64,000 bases of DNA from Bugula neritina (GCA_964035545.1 OZ037767.1:15628998-15692997), one strand, 5' to 3'; shown: positions 24,959 to 35,439, numbered from the stretch's first letter. Notes: generated by a model from the sequence alone, not told the origin. Translations and numbers: made by a program.

Positions 24959-27900
24959 TTATTATAACCGTAAGGAACCGTTGTTATACCATCTTCTAGT
25001 ATTATTCTTTTATCGTCTTCGGCCGATAAAGCTACTTTATTTATAGTTTCGGCATACATTGTATGCTTATGACTTCTCAGCACGTTCATCGTTCTATGCT
25101 GATCTTTTCTAGTAATAAGGCAGTTATAATAATCGTCAAATGTTATACAATTATTACGCGTAGTCTTATTAATACCCTTACACTTTTTTTCTTCTATACC
25201 ATCCATCTTGTAAGAGTACAATTTAGCTCTTAGGCCTACAAATTCTGTAATTTGTTTGCCGCCGGCTTCATCCTTAAACATGCCTATTACTTTTTTATTT
25301 ACACCAGTTGGTAACGAGTGATTTTCAGGATAATTGCTAGTGTCGAATTTATTTTCAACGTCTGGTAACATATCCTTATAAAAGTCTTCAGTTTGTACGT
25401 GATACATTAAACTGTCCGTATCCGTAAACAATAACTGAGCTTTATTACCATACTTATGCTTAATATACTCGTAATGAAAGTCATACATTAGAGTTTTACT
25501 AATGTCTAAAATTGCTGCGCCTAAATATATAGGCTTGTCAAATTTTAATTTCGTCACGTTCATATTAACGGCTACTAAATTTTCGGAAAATATAGTAAAA
25601 TTTTTAAAGTTAGGTTGATTCGTTAACTTTTTCGCTTCGCTTTCGCTAGTGACTAATTTAACGTCAACTCTATTACGTATATTTTCCATTGTCTTACCGA
25701 ATTTCGAATTATTCATTAGCTTGAAGAAATCTTTTTCAAAATCGCTCTTAGCCAAAGTTCTCAGTTTGGTATTCAAGTTTATATATTTTCCGAGTTTATC
25801 GGATTCGTTAAAGGTTAAACCCCCGTGAATTTTTACGAGTTTTAAACCGTATTTCAGACATTGTTTTAACGCCTTGTAATGTATTACATAATTTTTCTTA
25901 GAATTTAAATTTGGAACTAATTTTTTTACTTTATTAATTGTCAACCTTTCCGGACATAAAGGATAATCTTTATGCGAGTCGTGTAACTTTTTAGAATATT
26001 CCAAATCTACTTCTAAAAAGCTAGGTGGAAAATTTAAACTTTTTTCCAACTCACGGCATTCTTTTTCGCTTAGCCACTTAAAATTACTTACGGGTAACTT
26101 TTTAGACATGGCCCATCCATATAAATTGTTAGCGTCCAAATAAGTAATATAACTACTAGGTTTTTTAGAATTATAATTGGTCATATACTTATTATTAGCT
26201 TTAGCGTACCTATGACTAATCATACTTACACCGCCTCTAATTCCTCTTTCGAAGAAGAGTAATTGGTCAACGTCGGTAATTGGATCTAGTTTTAATTTGG
26301 TATTTTTAAGCATGGCGTCCCAACTTAAACCGGGAGCCGTATAATACCAAGCCGGATCTAATTTATAATGTTCGAGACATACATTTCTAAAGTTTTCAAA
26401 AACGTCGGCTAATTGTAATACGTCGACTTTCATATACAAGTCGTGATATTCTCTAAAAGTTTTCATATTAAATTCTTGCCAAACTTTTTGAGCGTGAGCG
26501 TAATCCTCATCGCTTATATTACTCTCAGTTAAACTCGAGTAAAATTTTTCTTTTGGATGTAAAGACGTTTCATTTAATACGCTTACGTTATTAAAATAGT
26601 CATACGGAAATACTCCTTTTCTCAATAATAAGTTTAATTGTTTTTCTGCGTAATAATAATTACTTAAGTGTTTAAAGTTATCAAGCTTTAGATTCGTAAC
26701 TAAACTCGCTAAACTAGAACTCATAAATTTAAACGTGTCTATAAATCTTAGTTCACGCGTAACTTCAACTTTTTTACCTTCTTTAGTAAATTCGTCTACT
26801 ATTATTCGTTCGCTAAAAGATATATATTTTTCTTCGGTATTAGGTATACAAGAAATTTTGCCGCTTAAATTTTTAACAAATAAGTGGGCGTCATAACCCG
26901 ACAAGTTATGAATAAATATTGGATAAAATTTCGGAATTTTATAATTTAAATTACAATTACTATGAGCCGCTCTTCTATAGTTTTCGGTCAAGTGGCAGTG
27001 ATCTCTCACTCTGTCATCGCCTAATTTTTCTTCACATATATAACAATTTTCGGCTAATTGGAAAGACTCTTGCTCACTATTCGTAATTCTCATTCGTTTA
27101 GCAAACTTATGTTTCTTATACAATTTTTTAATGTCAAACTCTAATAATCTTATAAATTGTTCGCCAATATCTTCGTCTTCGGCTTCTTTGGTATAACTTC
27201 TATAATTACACTCGCCGGTAATGCTTACTATATAATATCCAAAGCCTGATGGTTCGTGTTGCTGATACTGATTAGTATAGCTTTCTCGATTATTAGGTTG
27301 ACAACCTTGTATTGGTTTAGTAAAGCATTCAAAGTCCGCGTATACTACGAATGGTACTCTCATTTTATGACAATAATGTTTAGAATTAAATGTTATTTTA
27401 TTTTCTAATTTTGGAAAGGTCATAGCTATACCGTTATTCGTTAAAAACCATTCTTGATGTTTTTTTAAAGATTTTTCCGTTTTAAACGCTTGCGTGCAAT
27501 TTAAACAAAATTGTTTTGCGTGTCCGTTACTATTTATTTGTGAACCGAGTAATTTACTTAAATTTTTAACGTACGTATAATGACTTTTTTCTTCATTAGT
27601 TATAAGAAATAAAATTATTGTTTTAGAGCGTTTAGACGATTGTCTCCACGGATATATGGAATTACCATTCCAAGCGAGAACGGTAACGCTAATATTAGGA
27701 TTAGCTTTTTCAAACGCGTCAATAGATTTAGTTGTAGCCGGAAATTCTACGCCTTCCCACGATACTTTATTAACGTGCTCTTTATAATTACTAATTCTAT
27801 CCGAATGAGTTTTAGCCGGATAAAGAGCGGCTAATACGGCCCACATAAAGCACTTATTATCATTATTTTTTGGGTTTATTATAGCCTTTTTATCTTTAAT

Positions 27901-27966
27901 TATTTTAGGAAGATCGATATACGACGAACCTTTAAGAGGTTGATATTTAACAATATTAATTTCCAT
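24955..27966 (-). CDS. polB: Protein-primed family B DNA polymerase with zinc finger and EndoVII-like insert (N-terminus detached by frameshift)
   Basis: Exo YADFEC, HNLSGYD, YMKVD; pol YLDANNLY, KLMNNSKFGK, FTDTDS; insert CYIC..RDHCH..AHSNCN. Confidence 0.97.
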   Translation of the reverse strand: MEINIVKYQPLKGSSYIDLPKIIKDKKAIINPKNNDNKCFMWAVLAALYPAKTHSDRISNYKEHVNKVSWEGVEFPATTKSIDAFEKANPNISVTVLAWNGNSIYPWRQSSKRSKTIILFLITNEEKSHYTYVKNLSKLLGSQINSNGHAKQFCLNCTQAFKTEKSLKKHQEWFLTNNGIAMTFPKLENKITFNSKHYCHKMRVPFVVYADFECFTKPIQGCQPNNRESYTNQYQQHEPSGFGYYIVSITGECNYRSYTKEAEDEDIGEQFIRLLEFDIKKLYKKHKFAKRMRITNSEQESFQLAENCYICEEKLGDDRVRDHCHLTENYRRAAHSNCNLNYKIPKFYPIFIHNLSGYDAHLFVKNLSGKISCIPNTEEKYISFSERIIVDEFTKEGKKVEVTRELRFIDTFKFMSSSLASLVTNLKLDNFKHLSNYYYAEKQLNLLLRKGVFPYDYFNNVSVLNETSLHPKEKFYSSLTESNISDEDYAHAQKVWQEFNMKTFREYHDLYMKVDVLQLADVFENFRNVCLEHYKLDPAWYYTAPGLSWDAMLKNTKLKLDPITDVDQLLFFERGIRGGVSMISHRYAKANNKYMTNYNSKKPSSYITYLDANNLYGWAMSKKLPVSNFKWLSEKECRELEKSLNFPPSFLEVDLEYSKKLHDSHKDYPLCPERLTINKVKKLVPNLNSKKNYVIHYKALKQCLKYGLKLVKIHGGLTFNESDKLGKYINLNTKLRTLAKSDFEKDFFKLMNNSKFGKTMENIRNRVDVKLVTSESEAKKLTNQPNFKNFTIFSENLVAVNMNVTKLKFDKPIYLGAAILDISKTLMYDFHYEYIKHKYGNKAQLLFTDTDSLMYHVQTEDFYKDMLPDVENKFDTSNYPENHSLPTGVNKKVIGMFKDEAGGKQITEFVGLRAKLYSYKMDGIEEKKCKGINKTTRNNCITFDDYYNCLITRKDQHRTMNVLRSHKHTMYAETINKVALSAEDDKRIILEDGITTVPYGYNK

Positions 27967-28016
27967 TTTTATGATGGATTTAAATATCCAGCTACTTCCT
28001 TTCGCGTTAAACGAAG

Positions 28017-28595
28017 CTAAATTTTCATTACATTGTATAATTCATTAATATTTGTAGATTCTAATATATTTTCAATACGCGATGAAAATGATGTAATTAA
28101 TAATTCAGTTTCACCGGTATTTATATTAGTTTTTTCCATTTCACATGTTAATATTATTTTAGTTTTTGTAGTAGATTTTAATAACTTTAGTACATTTAGT
28201 TTTACTAGTTTACTAAACGAATTTATATCGTATTTGGGTAAACCTTTAATTTCATAAGTTTGAAACCAACCTTTAGCGGCTTGTTCTTTAAGTTTAGGTT
28301 GATTATATAAAGCCATAATTTTATCCTTAATTGGATTTACAATTTTTGTAATTGGTTTTATAATACCCTTAATCCATTTTTCTATATTACGCGTAGTTTG
28401 CGTAAATATTTCTCGCATAATTTTTTTTACGGGTGTAGGTATTAACGGGGCTTGTCCTATATTCGGAACGGGTTCGTCCATAGGCGATAATAGCCGTATA
28501 AGTTCGGCTTTTCTTAATTGAGAATATTGTTTCAATCCTCTTTCTTTAGCTATAGCCTTCAAGGCTTTAACGGTAATTTTTGTATTGAACTCCAT
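28017..28595 (-). pseudogene. Detached N-terminal part of pPolB ORF (Rho-N/HeH-like start)
   Basis: LKAIAKERGLKQYSQLRKAELI; the polB frame is open upstream of its Met as NLASFNAKGSSWIFKSI and overlaps this stop; the 27966 ATG lacks TAAATG while 28595 has it. Confidence 0.75.
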
Positions 28596-28652
28596 TTATA
28601 TAGTAAAAAAATCTTTAAACTATAAAATCAATTTTTTAATAAAAAATTGGTT

Positions 28653-28889
28653 TTATGTATTTTCAAGAATTTTATTTATTTGCGCTTTAAGTTTAGTTAC
28701 TTTACGTCGCGATGTTAAATTTTTATTAAAATGTTTAAATAATTTATCTCGATCTTCATTTGATATAGAATTAATTTTTAAGATATAATAATCGGTTAAT
28801 TGCATAAATGTATGTTCGGGAAGAGGTATATTTTTTTTTTGTTTAGCTTGAGCGATTAGTTTATCGAGTAATTCATTAGTAAACTCCAT
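28653..28889 (-). CDS. Small basic Polinton ORF (~78 aa from MEFTNELL)
   Basis: Open frame within gene array; TATAATATG start variant. Confidence 0.55.
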   Translation of the reverse strand: MEFTNELLDKLIAQAKQKKNIPLPEHTFMQLTDYYILKINSISNEDRDKLFKHFNKNLTSRRKVTKLKAQINKILENT

Positions 28890-28931
28890 ATTATAAAATA
28901 ATGTAATAATAAAAATCATTTTTTTATATAA

Positions 28932-29411
28932 ATGGACTTTCGACGAGAAAAATTAGAACTCTTAAACGATGAAATTATTAAATTAGAAAACGAATACGAG
29001 CAAAAACTTAATCGTTTTAATTGGTTATCAAAATTGTTAAAAATAATTTCGGGATTATGCGGTACAACGAATTTAATATGCGGTGTCATTATTACGGCGT
29101 TATTAAACGCTAACGTTACTAAACAAACGTTATTACCATTATCTATAATAGTAAGTATAATGAGTGTAATTACTACTTCTATTTCTTCTCAAGACGCTAA
29201 ATTAATTAAATCTACATTAATGTATTTAGACGTATTTACGTTTATAAAAAATTCTAAATTAGAAATTAATTCTATGTTATCAAAATTTTTAAGCGACGCT
29301 CATATAGACGAACAAGAGTATGACGCTATAACCGAAAAATATAAAGATATTAATAGCGTAATATCGAATAAAAAAAGCGACATAATAGTCGCTCGTAACA
29401 ACGTTTGTTAA
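28932..29411 (+). CDS. Polinton membrane protein (coiled coil + two hydrophobic helices)
   Basis: TATATAAATG start; two hydrophobic segments. Confidence 0.8.
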   Translation: MDFRREKLELLNDEIIKLENEYEQKLNRFNWLSKLLKIISGLCGTTNLICGVIITALLNANVTKQTLLPLSIIVSIMSVITTSISSQDAKLIKSTLMYLDVFTFIKNSKLEINSMLSKFLSDAHIDEQEYDAITEKYKDINSVISNKKSDIIVARNNVC

Positions 29412-29580
29412 TTAATTATATATTATAATAAATTAAAAAAGGGAGTTCAATACAAAAATATCCGTATAGGCTGCTAAATAGCGCGTAATAATCGGTCCTG
29501 AGAGCGAATTACGTGTGCCGTATTATACGCATATTTATATATATTTTCTTTAACTATAATATATTTCGTCTTTTTTCTAT

Positions 29581-29946
29581 TTAGTCTTCAGCATATTTTA
29601 ATTTAGTAAAGAATAATGGTATTCTAGCCGCTGCATAATTCATTAAACCTACGTTAAGTTCTTGAATTATTTCTTTACTTTTGTAAATAGTTTTTATTTT
29701 TAATTTTCCATTATTTTCTTTATAAATAATTTCTTTTTTATTATTATAAGTAATTTCTTCAAATGTTCCGCATTCGTTAGACGGATTAGTCATTTCGTTT
29801 AATATATTAAATTTTTTATATATAATTCTTTCTTTAATATCACCGCCTTCGTATACTCGTTTTTCACAATTATTATTTTTATATATCGTTTCGGTAATTG
29901 GGGTGCCGTCGAGGCTTTTATAAGTAATTGCTGTTGGATCAATCAT
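29581..29946 (-). CDS. Polinton unknown protein with short E..IYK repeats
   Basis: TATATAAATG start, intact 121-aa ORF. Confidence 0.7.
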   Translation of the reverse strand: MIDPTAITYKSLDGTPITETIYKNNNCEKRVYEGGDIKERIIYKKFNILNEMTNPSNECGTFEEITYNNKKEIIYKENNGKLKIKTIYKSKEIIQELNVGLMNYAAARIPLFFTKLKYAED

Positions 29947-29965
29947 TTATATATGTTTTCTTTAA

Positions 29966-30535
29966 CTATAACAGCATACCTAAAAGAGGAATATTTTTAA
30001 ACGGACTATTTGGACCTAAAATTAAACCTTCACCTTTTATATAACCGGAACCTTGTTTTAAATATAAACCATTACCCTTCATTAAATTAGACGACGCGAC
30101 TGGTTTTAAAGTAATAGAACCGTTTGAATTAGGTTCTACGGAACATACGCACCCGCCTCTTTTTAAATAAAGACCTTTACTTTTAATAGCTCTTTCGACT
30201 CCAGCGCTAGCGGCTCCTGAAAGTACACCCGGTATAATAGTTTTTAATAGCGTAGGTATTACTCTCGTAGCTATACCTAATAGAGCTCCTAAAAATCCTC
30301 CGCTCATTGACGCGTTAGTTTTTACTAATGACGGAGACATTTCGAGCGTTATATTTTTTTTATTCGCGTTTAACGCTTTTAAAATATTATCATTTTGCGT
30401 TTTCGTAACGACTAGTTTATCATTTCCGCTTTCGAGAGGCAATTTAATAACGCAACCCTTACCGCTTCTATAAGCGTTCATTATTTTTTGTTTTTGCGCC
30501 TGTGGCACATTTCCTATAATTTCGCAATAACCCAT
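29966..30535 (-). CDS. Gly-rich virion precursor with MSGG-FLGALL amphipathic segment (adenovirus pX/pVI-like)
   Basis: MSGG|F fits the adenain (M/I/L)xGG consensus, followed by an amphipathic helix. Confidence 0.75.
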   Translation of the reverse strand: MGYCEIIGNVPQAQKQKIMNAYRSGKGCVIKLPLESGNDKLVVTKTQNDNILKALNANKKNITLEMSPSLVKTNASMSGGFLGALLGIATRVIPTLLKTIIPGVLSGAASAGVERAIKSKGLYLKRGGCVCSVEPNSNGSITLKPVASSNLMKGNGLYLKQGSGYIKGEGLILGPNSPFKNIPLLGMLL

Positions 30536-30547
30536 TTATATAATACG

Positions 30548-31307
30548 TTAAACTTCTCTTAAATGAAATCTTATTGAAAGTTGTTCACCGCTAAGATCTA
30601 ATAAATTACCTTTTTGATCGGTTACCGTAACGGTTAACGTCTTAATATATTTAACGTGAACGGGTAAGTATATTAAATTATGAGGTTTTTCTATTATTTT
30701 ATATCCCGGACTAACGCTCAGAAAAAATGAATAAATAACGGGTTTATAAGTACCATCGATATAACTTCCATTAATACAATCAACTTGTACGTGTATAGCG
30801 TTTATATTTAAAATATTTACTATGTTTGTAGCTTCGATATAAGGTTGATCGTATATCGCCGCGTCAAAACCTAAAACGTCTCTTAAAGAATTTTCAACGT
30901 TAAAATCTACTCGGTAATTAGGTTTTAATTTAAGTATAATTCTAAAAGTTACTTTATTAGCTTGCAAAGTAATACCGTTTCTATTACCCCCCCTCTTTTA
31001 CTATTTCGTCTTGAATAGCTTCTTCTAGTTGATCTAATTCGTACACTCCGATTGGTAACGAAACTAAATGCCACGTAGTACCACCGTCTTTAGACCATCT
31101 ATAGGAATTTCTATCGGTACTAATGTTTGGAAAAGAATAAAACGTATCCAAACTAATAAGACACATTTCGTATTTTTTATTTTTATTTAATTCTATAGGC
31201 GGATTAAGTTGAGTAATTATTCTCGTTTTAGTATCGGTAACTCCTATAGTCATCGTTTGTTTAGAGGCCGTATTATCAGCAATTTCTCTTAAAATTTTAT
31301 TATCCAT
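30548..31307 (-). pseudogene. Minor capsid protein (penton), frameshifted at a G7 run (~30987-30993)
   Basis: NPPIEL..YEMCL..YSFPNI..LPIGVYE and GSY..IYSF..SPGYKIIEKP..IYLPV..TDQ; removing one G fuses the two ORFs. Confidence 0.88.
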
Positions 31308-31934
31308 TTATATAACTTTTAAATTATTTCCATCGGAACTGAGAGACATAGTTTTATCCGATAGAATTAATGCGTACGCCTGAGTATTAGCCGGTACATT
31401 TTGACTAAACTGAACTCTTAATTGAATATCGGCTACGCTACTTTTAAGAGCCTCGCTTTGCTTACTAACGTCTATTACGAACAAAGCGTAAAGATCTTGA
31501 TATTCCGAAGGTAATACGTTTGAATAAGCAATTAGCTCGTTTATACCGTAATATTCTCCGCAAAATTTAGAAGCGTCTCCGTACACTCTACTAAACTTCA
31601 TTTTAGCAAAATCTATATCATAATCAACTTCGGGATACCGCTCACTATTTAACATCGCGTATATACTTTTAACGTTAACGTGATCGAATACGGCCGGATT
31701 AGTCGTTTGACTTTCATTCTTTTCCGTTTGAAAACCTATAATAATATATTTAGGTTTTTCAGTATCTCCTCTAGAACCCAAACGCCACGTAAAGTTTGTA
31801 GTTTGCGGCACCGCAATACTATCACACCACCTAGACCTATAAATTATGGGAAGCTGCGTTTTACTCTCTATAATTTTATAAAGCTTATGTTTCATTTCAA
31901 AATCGGGTGTTATGTGAGGCAAGTATAAACACAA
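31308..31934 (-). pseudogene. Major capsid protein, C-terminal half only
   Basis: EKPKYIIIGFQT, FDHVNV, LNSERYP, LFVIDVS motifs; about 208 aa, no ATG/TAAATG start, abuts the upstream ORF out of frame. Confidence 0.85.
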
Positions 31935-32667
31935 TTTCGTTTCGTACTCCCGTATTTCCGGCTTTAGCGCTAGAAATTAAAAGTTCGAGTCGTTCTACTA
32001 AAGCGTTAGGATCAGACGATAAATATACTACTCCATCACCGACTTGTCTTTTAGCTTTTTTACTATCGGCGAGTTTCGCTCTCTGAGGATATAATTGTTC
32101 CCAAATAGGTCTAACAATACGTCTCCACTTGTCACTATTTTTATCTATAGGACCGTGTTTACTTTGATATATAGCGCCGCTATTATCGAGTATATTAGCA
32201 TGATTCGCTAAATCATTATCATCGTATCCTATAGGCGTTTTACGCGTTAAAAGACTTAAAAGTCCTCTAGTCGCCGGATATTCTTCGTTATCAAACATTA
32301 TTTTACCATCGTTAAAGCTTATAGGTTTCGTACCAATAACGTGTCTATTACCATCCCACTTTACGTTATAAGCGCCGAGTTCTAAGCCAGCTAAAGCGTT
32401 TTGTGTAAATTCGTCTAAATTTATAACTCCATCCGTTATAGCCGGTTGAACATTATAATTGGGTAATGTAAGCAATTGTTTTAACGCGTCAGTCGTTTGA
32501 GCTTGCGAATTCGTTACGGGTTCAAAAAACTTTTCTTGAGCTATAGCCGCATTTAATTCTCGCTCGCGTTCTAGTTTAAAAATTTCTTTTAATTTATTTT
32601 TTTGAGAAATAAAATCTTGTACGGTTTTATCTCTTTTTATAGGGTCGTGAATTTTTAAATAACTCAT
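31897..32667 (-). CDS. Conserved Polinton protein of unknown function, C-terminus clipped by deletion
   Basis: YPATRGLLSLL and DPNALVERLELLISSAKAGNT motifs; TATATAAATG start. Confidence 0.8.
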   Translation of the reverse strand: MSYLKIHDPIKRDKTVQDFISQKNKLKEIFKLERERELNAAIAQEKFFEPVTNSQAQTTDALKQLLTLPNYNVQPAITDGVINLDEFTQNALAGLELGAYNVKWDGNRHVIGTKPISFNDGKIMFDNEEYPATRGLLSLLTRKTPIGYDDNDLANHANILDNSGAIYQSKHGPIDKNSDKWRRIVRPIWEQLYPQRAKLADSKKAKRQVGDGVVYLSSDPNALVERLELLISSAKAGNTGVRNEIVFILASHNTRF

Positions 32668-32682
32668 TTATATAAACATAAA

Positions 32683-32851
32683 TTTGTGTCCACATTTGTG
32701 TCCACATTTGTGTCTAGTGTCTACATTTGTGTCCACTTTTGTGTCTAGTATTCACTTTTGTGTCCACATTTGTGTCTAGTGTCCACATTTGTGTCCACTT
32801 TTGTGTCTAATGTTCACATTTGTGTCTAGGACACAAACACATTTGTGTCCA
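32683..32851. repeat. Iteron-like TTTGTGTC array
   Basis: 11 direct copies and 1 inverted copy in 169 bp. Confidence 0.9.
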
Positions 32852-34215
32852 CTATAATCGTTCTAAAACGTTTAAATTTACCCAAGAGTTTTGAGAATCG
32901 GGATAACCCAACCATTTTACTAAAGCCTTTTTACCTTTCTTTTTAATTACGCGCTCTATTCTATACATTTCTTGCCTCGTCTTTTGTAATTCCTGTTCGT
33001 AAAAAGATCCTTGAATTTCTTCTCCTCCCGAGTCGGTTAATTTATAAGTAGTCGGATTAGTATATAATATTTTACTTATAGTAAACACTTCCTCCGTCCA
33101 TCTAACTGTATAACCTTTTTCAAACGTTCGTTTCTTACGAGGTATACGCACTCTATCACCTATAGTAAATTTAGGTTTAGAAGGCGCTGGTAAGTTTGGA
33201 TATAATTTCACGCGTACTTTATTTTCATTAGAAGGATCACTAGCTTCAATTGGTGTCATTCCAATAGACGAATGTTTAGTCTCATTATACCGTTTTACTA
33301 AATCTTTTAGTGCGTCTATATATTTATAAGTATTATTAGCCGAAAAATATTTAAACATTCGCTCTTTCATTGTTCTATTCCACCTCTCTACTACGCTAGA
33401 CTTTTCTTCATTTTCCGTAGAATATAAGTCTATTAAGGACTTTACGTCTTTGTTATAAAACTCTTTTCCCTTGTCAACCCATAAATATTGTGGCTTACGA
33501 CGAGTTAAAATTGTTTTTAAAGCTGAAGCCGTCGCTTTTCCAGTCTTATTTTTTAAAGGTATTATCCAACCGTATTTTGAAAACACGTCTATTACCGTTA
33601 GTAAATATTTATAACCGTTATTAAATTTAGCGAATTCAGTCATATCAACCAAGTCGGCCGCCCAAATATTATCAATACCCGATACCCAAACTCGTCTTTT
33701 ACGAAATTTTTTTTGTACGGGTTTATGTAATTCTTCGGCTAACTCGTTCGTCCATCCCCATCCTAAACGCTTTTTCGCTCCTATTATTGCTGAAGCGAAA
33801 CGACTGTGTCGCTGTTCAGCGGGCGTAGGATTAGGTATAGCTTTTAGTTCGTCTAGCATATTTTTATCACATATTTCGTTTCTAGTCTTAGTATCTTTAT
33901 TAAGCGCGTAACACACGTCGTGTCTCATGGCTATAGCGTCGTCTCGATCTACCGGTTTACTCCATTCTTTAGGAGTCGTGTCGTCATTTAAACGCTTATT
34001 TAATTTAGTACCTGGTCCTAAAAAATTATGGCCTGGATAATGCAATTCGAAAGGTAAATTATTTATTAAATTATTCGCTAAACCCGACCCAACAAATGTA
34101 GTCTTTTTACATCCGCATTGACCGCAATTACCGTAACCCATTAGTCTATTATTTTTACTTACTCTCTTTTCGTAATTAAGAATTTTGTTTTAGTTTTACA
34201 CTTACAACAATACAT
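32852..34215 (-). CDS. int: Zn-ribbon / parvovirus-type PLA2 / retroviral-type integrase / chromodomain fusion (429-aa ORF 32852-34141; probable start 34215 with a 1-nt frameshift near 34160)
   Basis: FLGPGT and DAIAMRHDVCY (PLA2); WAADL, WVDKGKEF, VERWNRT (DDE); LVKWLGYPDSQNSWV (chromo); upstream MYCCKC after TAAATG complements CGQC. Confidence 0.92.
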
Positions 34216-34227
34216 TTATTATAATAA

Positions 34228-34986
34228 ATGGAAATAGAAAATCTTTCGTGGAAAAACGAAATTAATCGTAATAATAATCCTTTACTTCCTAAAAGCATAA
34301 GAGGTCTTATCGTTGGAAAGTCTGGATGCGGTAAAACTACTTTACTTTGTAATTTATTATTACAACCTAATTGGCTCGATTACGATAAACTTATGATTTA
34401 CGGTAAAAGCCTTTCTCAACCCGAATATATAAATATGAGGAAGGCTTTCGAACGTAAATTAACTAAAGAAGAAATTTTAAATTTTTTTAAAAATAGTAAC
34501 GCGATAGTAAATTCGGGTATAAATGTAACTCGTGTTTTAAAAAATAGTAAGGGTAACGGTAATATAGACGCCGAATTTATCGAATCTAGTGACGACGTTT
34601 ATGACCCTAGCGAATTAGACGTTAGTAATAAAAATTTAATAATATTCGATGATTTAATGTTGGAAAAACAAAAAACTTGTGAAAGTTATTACGTAAGAGG
34701 ACGACACAATAACGTCGATTGCTTTTATTTGTCGCAAAATTATTTTAAGCTACCTAGAAACACTATTCGGGAAAACGCTAATTTTATTTGCTTATTTCCT
34801 CAAGACGGAAAAAATTTAAATCATATATATCAAGATCACGTAAACGGAGATTTAACGTTAAACGAATTTAAAAACTTTTGTTATAAAGGATGGCAAAAAC
34901 CTCACGGTTTTATTACTTTAGATTTTTCTTCCTCAAAAAATAATGGAAGGTATAGGCATAGCTTAGACGAATTTTATATACCTTAA
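34228..34986 (+). CDS. A32-like FtsK/HerA packaging ATPase
   Basis: GKSGCGKT Walker A, IIFDD Walker B, RGRH, LSQNYF..P..IREN. Confidence 0.96.
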   Translation: MEIENLSWKNEINRNNNPLLPKSIRGLIVGKSGCGKTTLLCNLLLQPNWLDYDKLMIYGKSLSQPEYINMRKAFERKLTKEEILNFFKNSNAIVNSGINVTRVLKNSKGNGNIDAEFIESSDDVYDPSELDVSNKNLIIFDDLMLEKQKTCESYYVRGRHNNVDCFYLSQNYFKLPRNTIRENANFICLFPQDGKNLNHIYQDHVNGDLTLNEFKNFCYKGWQKPHGFITLDFSSSKNNGRYRHSLDEFYIP

Positions 34987-34989
34987 TAA

Positions 34990-35439
34990 ATGAGTGGAAA
35001 AAATAATTTTATCGAAAGAGTTGTAACTAAAAATAATACTTTTCTTAATGAATTTTCTAGTACAACCATTAATACGGCACTATTATTAGGGTATATAGTG
35101 GATAAACCTATTGAATTAACGTACGCTTTATTAGAGTTGCAACATTTACCGGTTAATGATAATAATTCTTTATATTGGAAGGATAAAAAATTAACTTTAG
35201 TTATTGGAAATATTAACGGTCCTATTAGGCACGAAAGTAAGGAATATATAATTCGAGGAGGTGTCGCGAGTATAAAAATACCTATGCTGGAATATATTGA
35301 CGCCGATAAAAATATTGGATTGGTATTGGAGTGTTCGAGCGATTATACTAGTCGTAAACCTAATGATATTATAGTTAATAATGATATCGCTTTACCATTC
35401 GAATTAATATCATTAAAGCTTTATTTTAATTATAAATGA
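34990..35439 (+). CDS. Polinton unknown protein, paralog family A (149 aa)
   Basis: IVDKPIELTYAL, LYWKDKK, RKPNDII, ALPF..KLYFNYK. Confidence 0.85.
   Translation: MSGKNNFIERVVTKNNTFLNEFSSTTINTALLLGYIVDKPIELTYALLELQHLPVNDNNSLYWKDKKLTLVIGNINGPIRHESKEYIIRGGVASIKIPMLEYIDADKNIGLVLECSSDYTSRKPNDIIVNNDIALPFELISLKLYFNYK

Noticed and set aside
32683-32851. CRISPR-like array
   Set aside because: Units are 8-12 bp without unique spacers; eukaryotic viral context, no cas genes.
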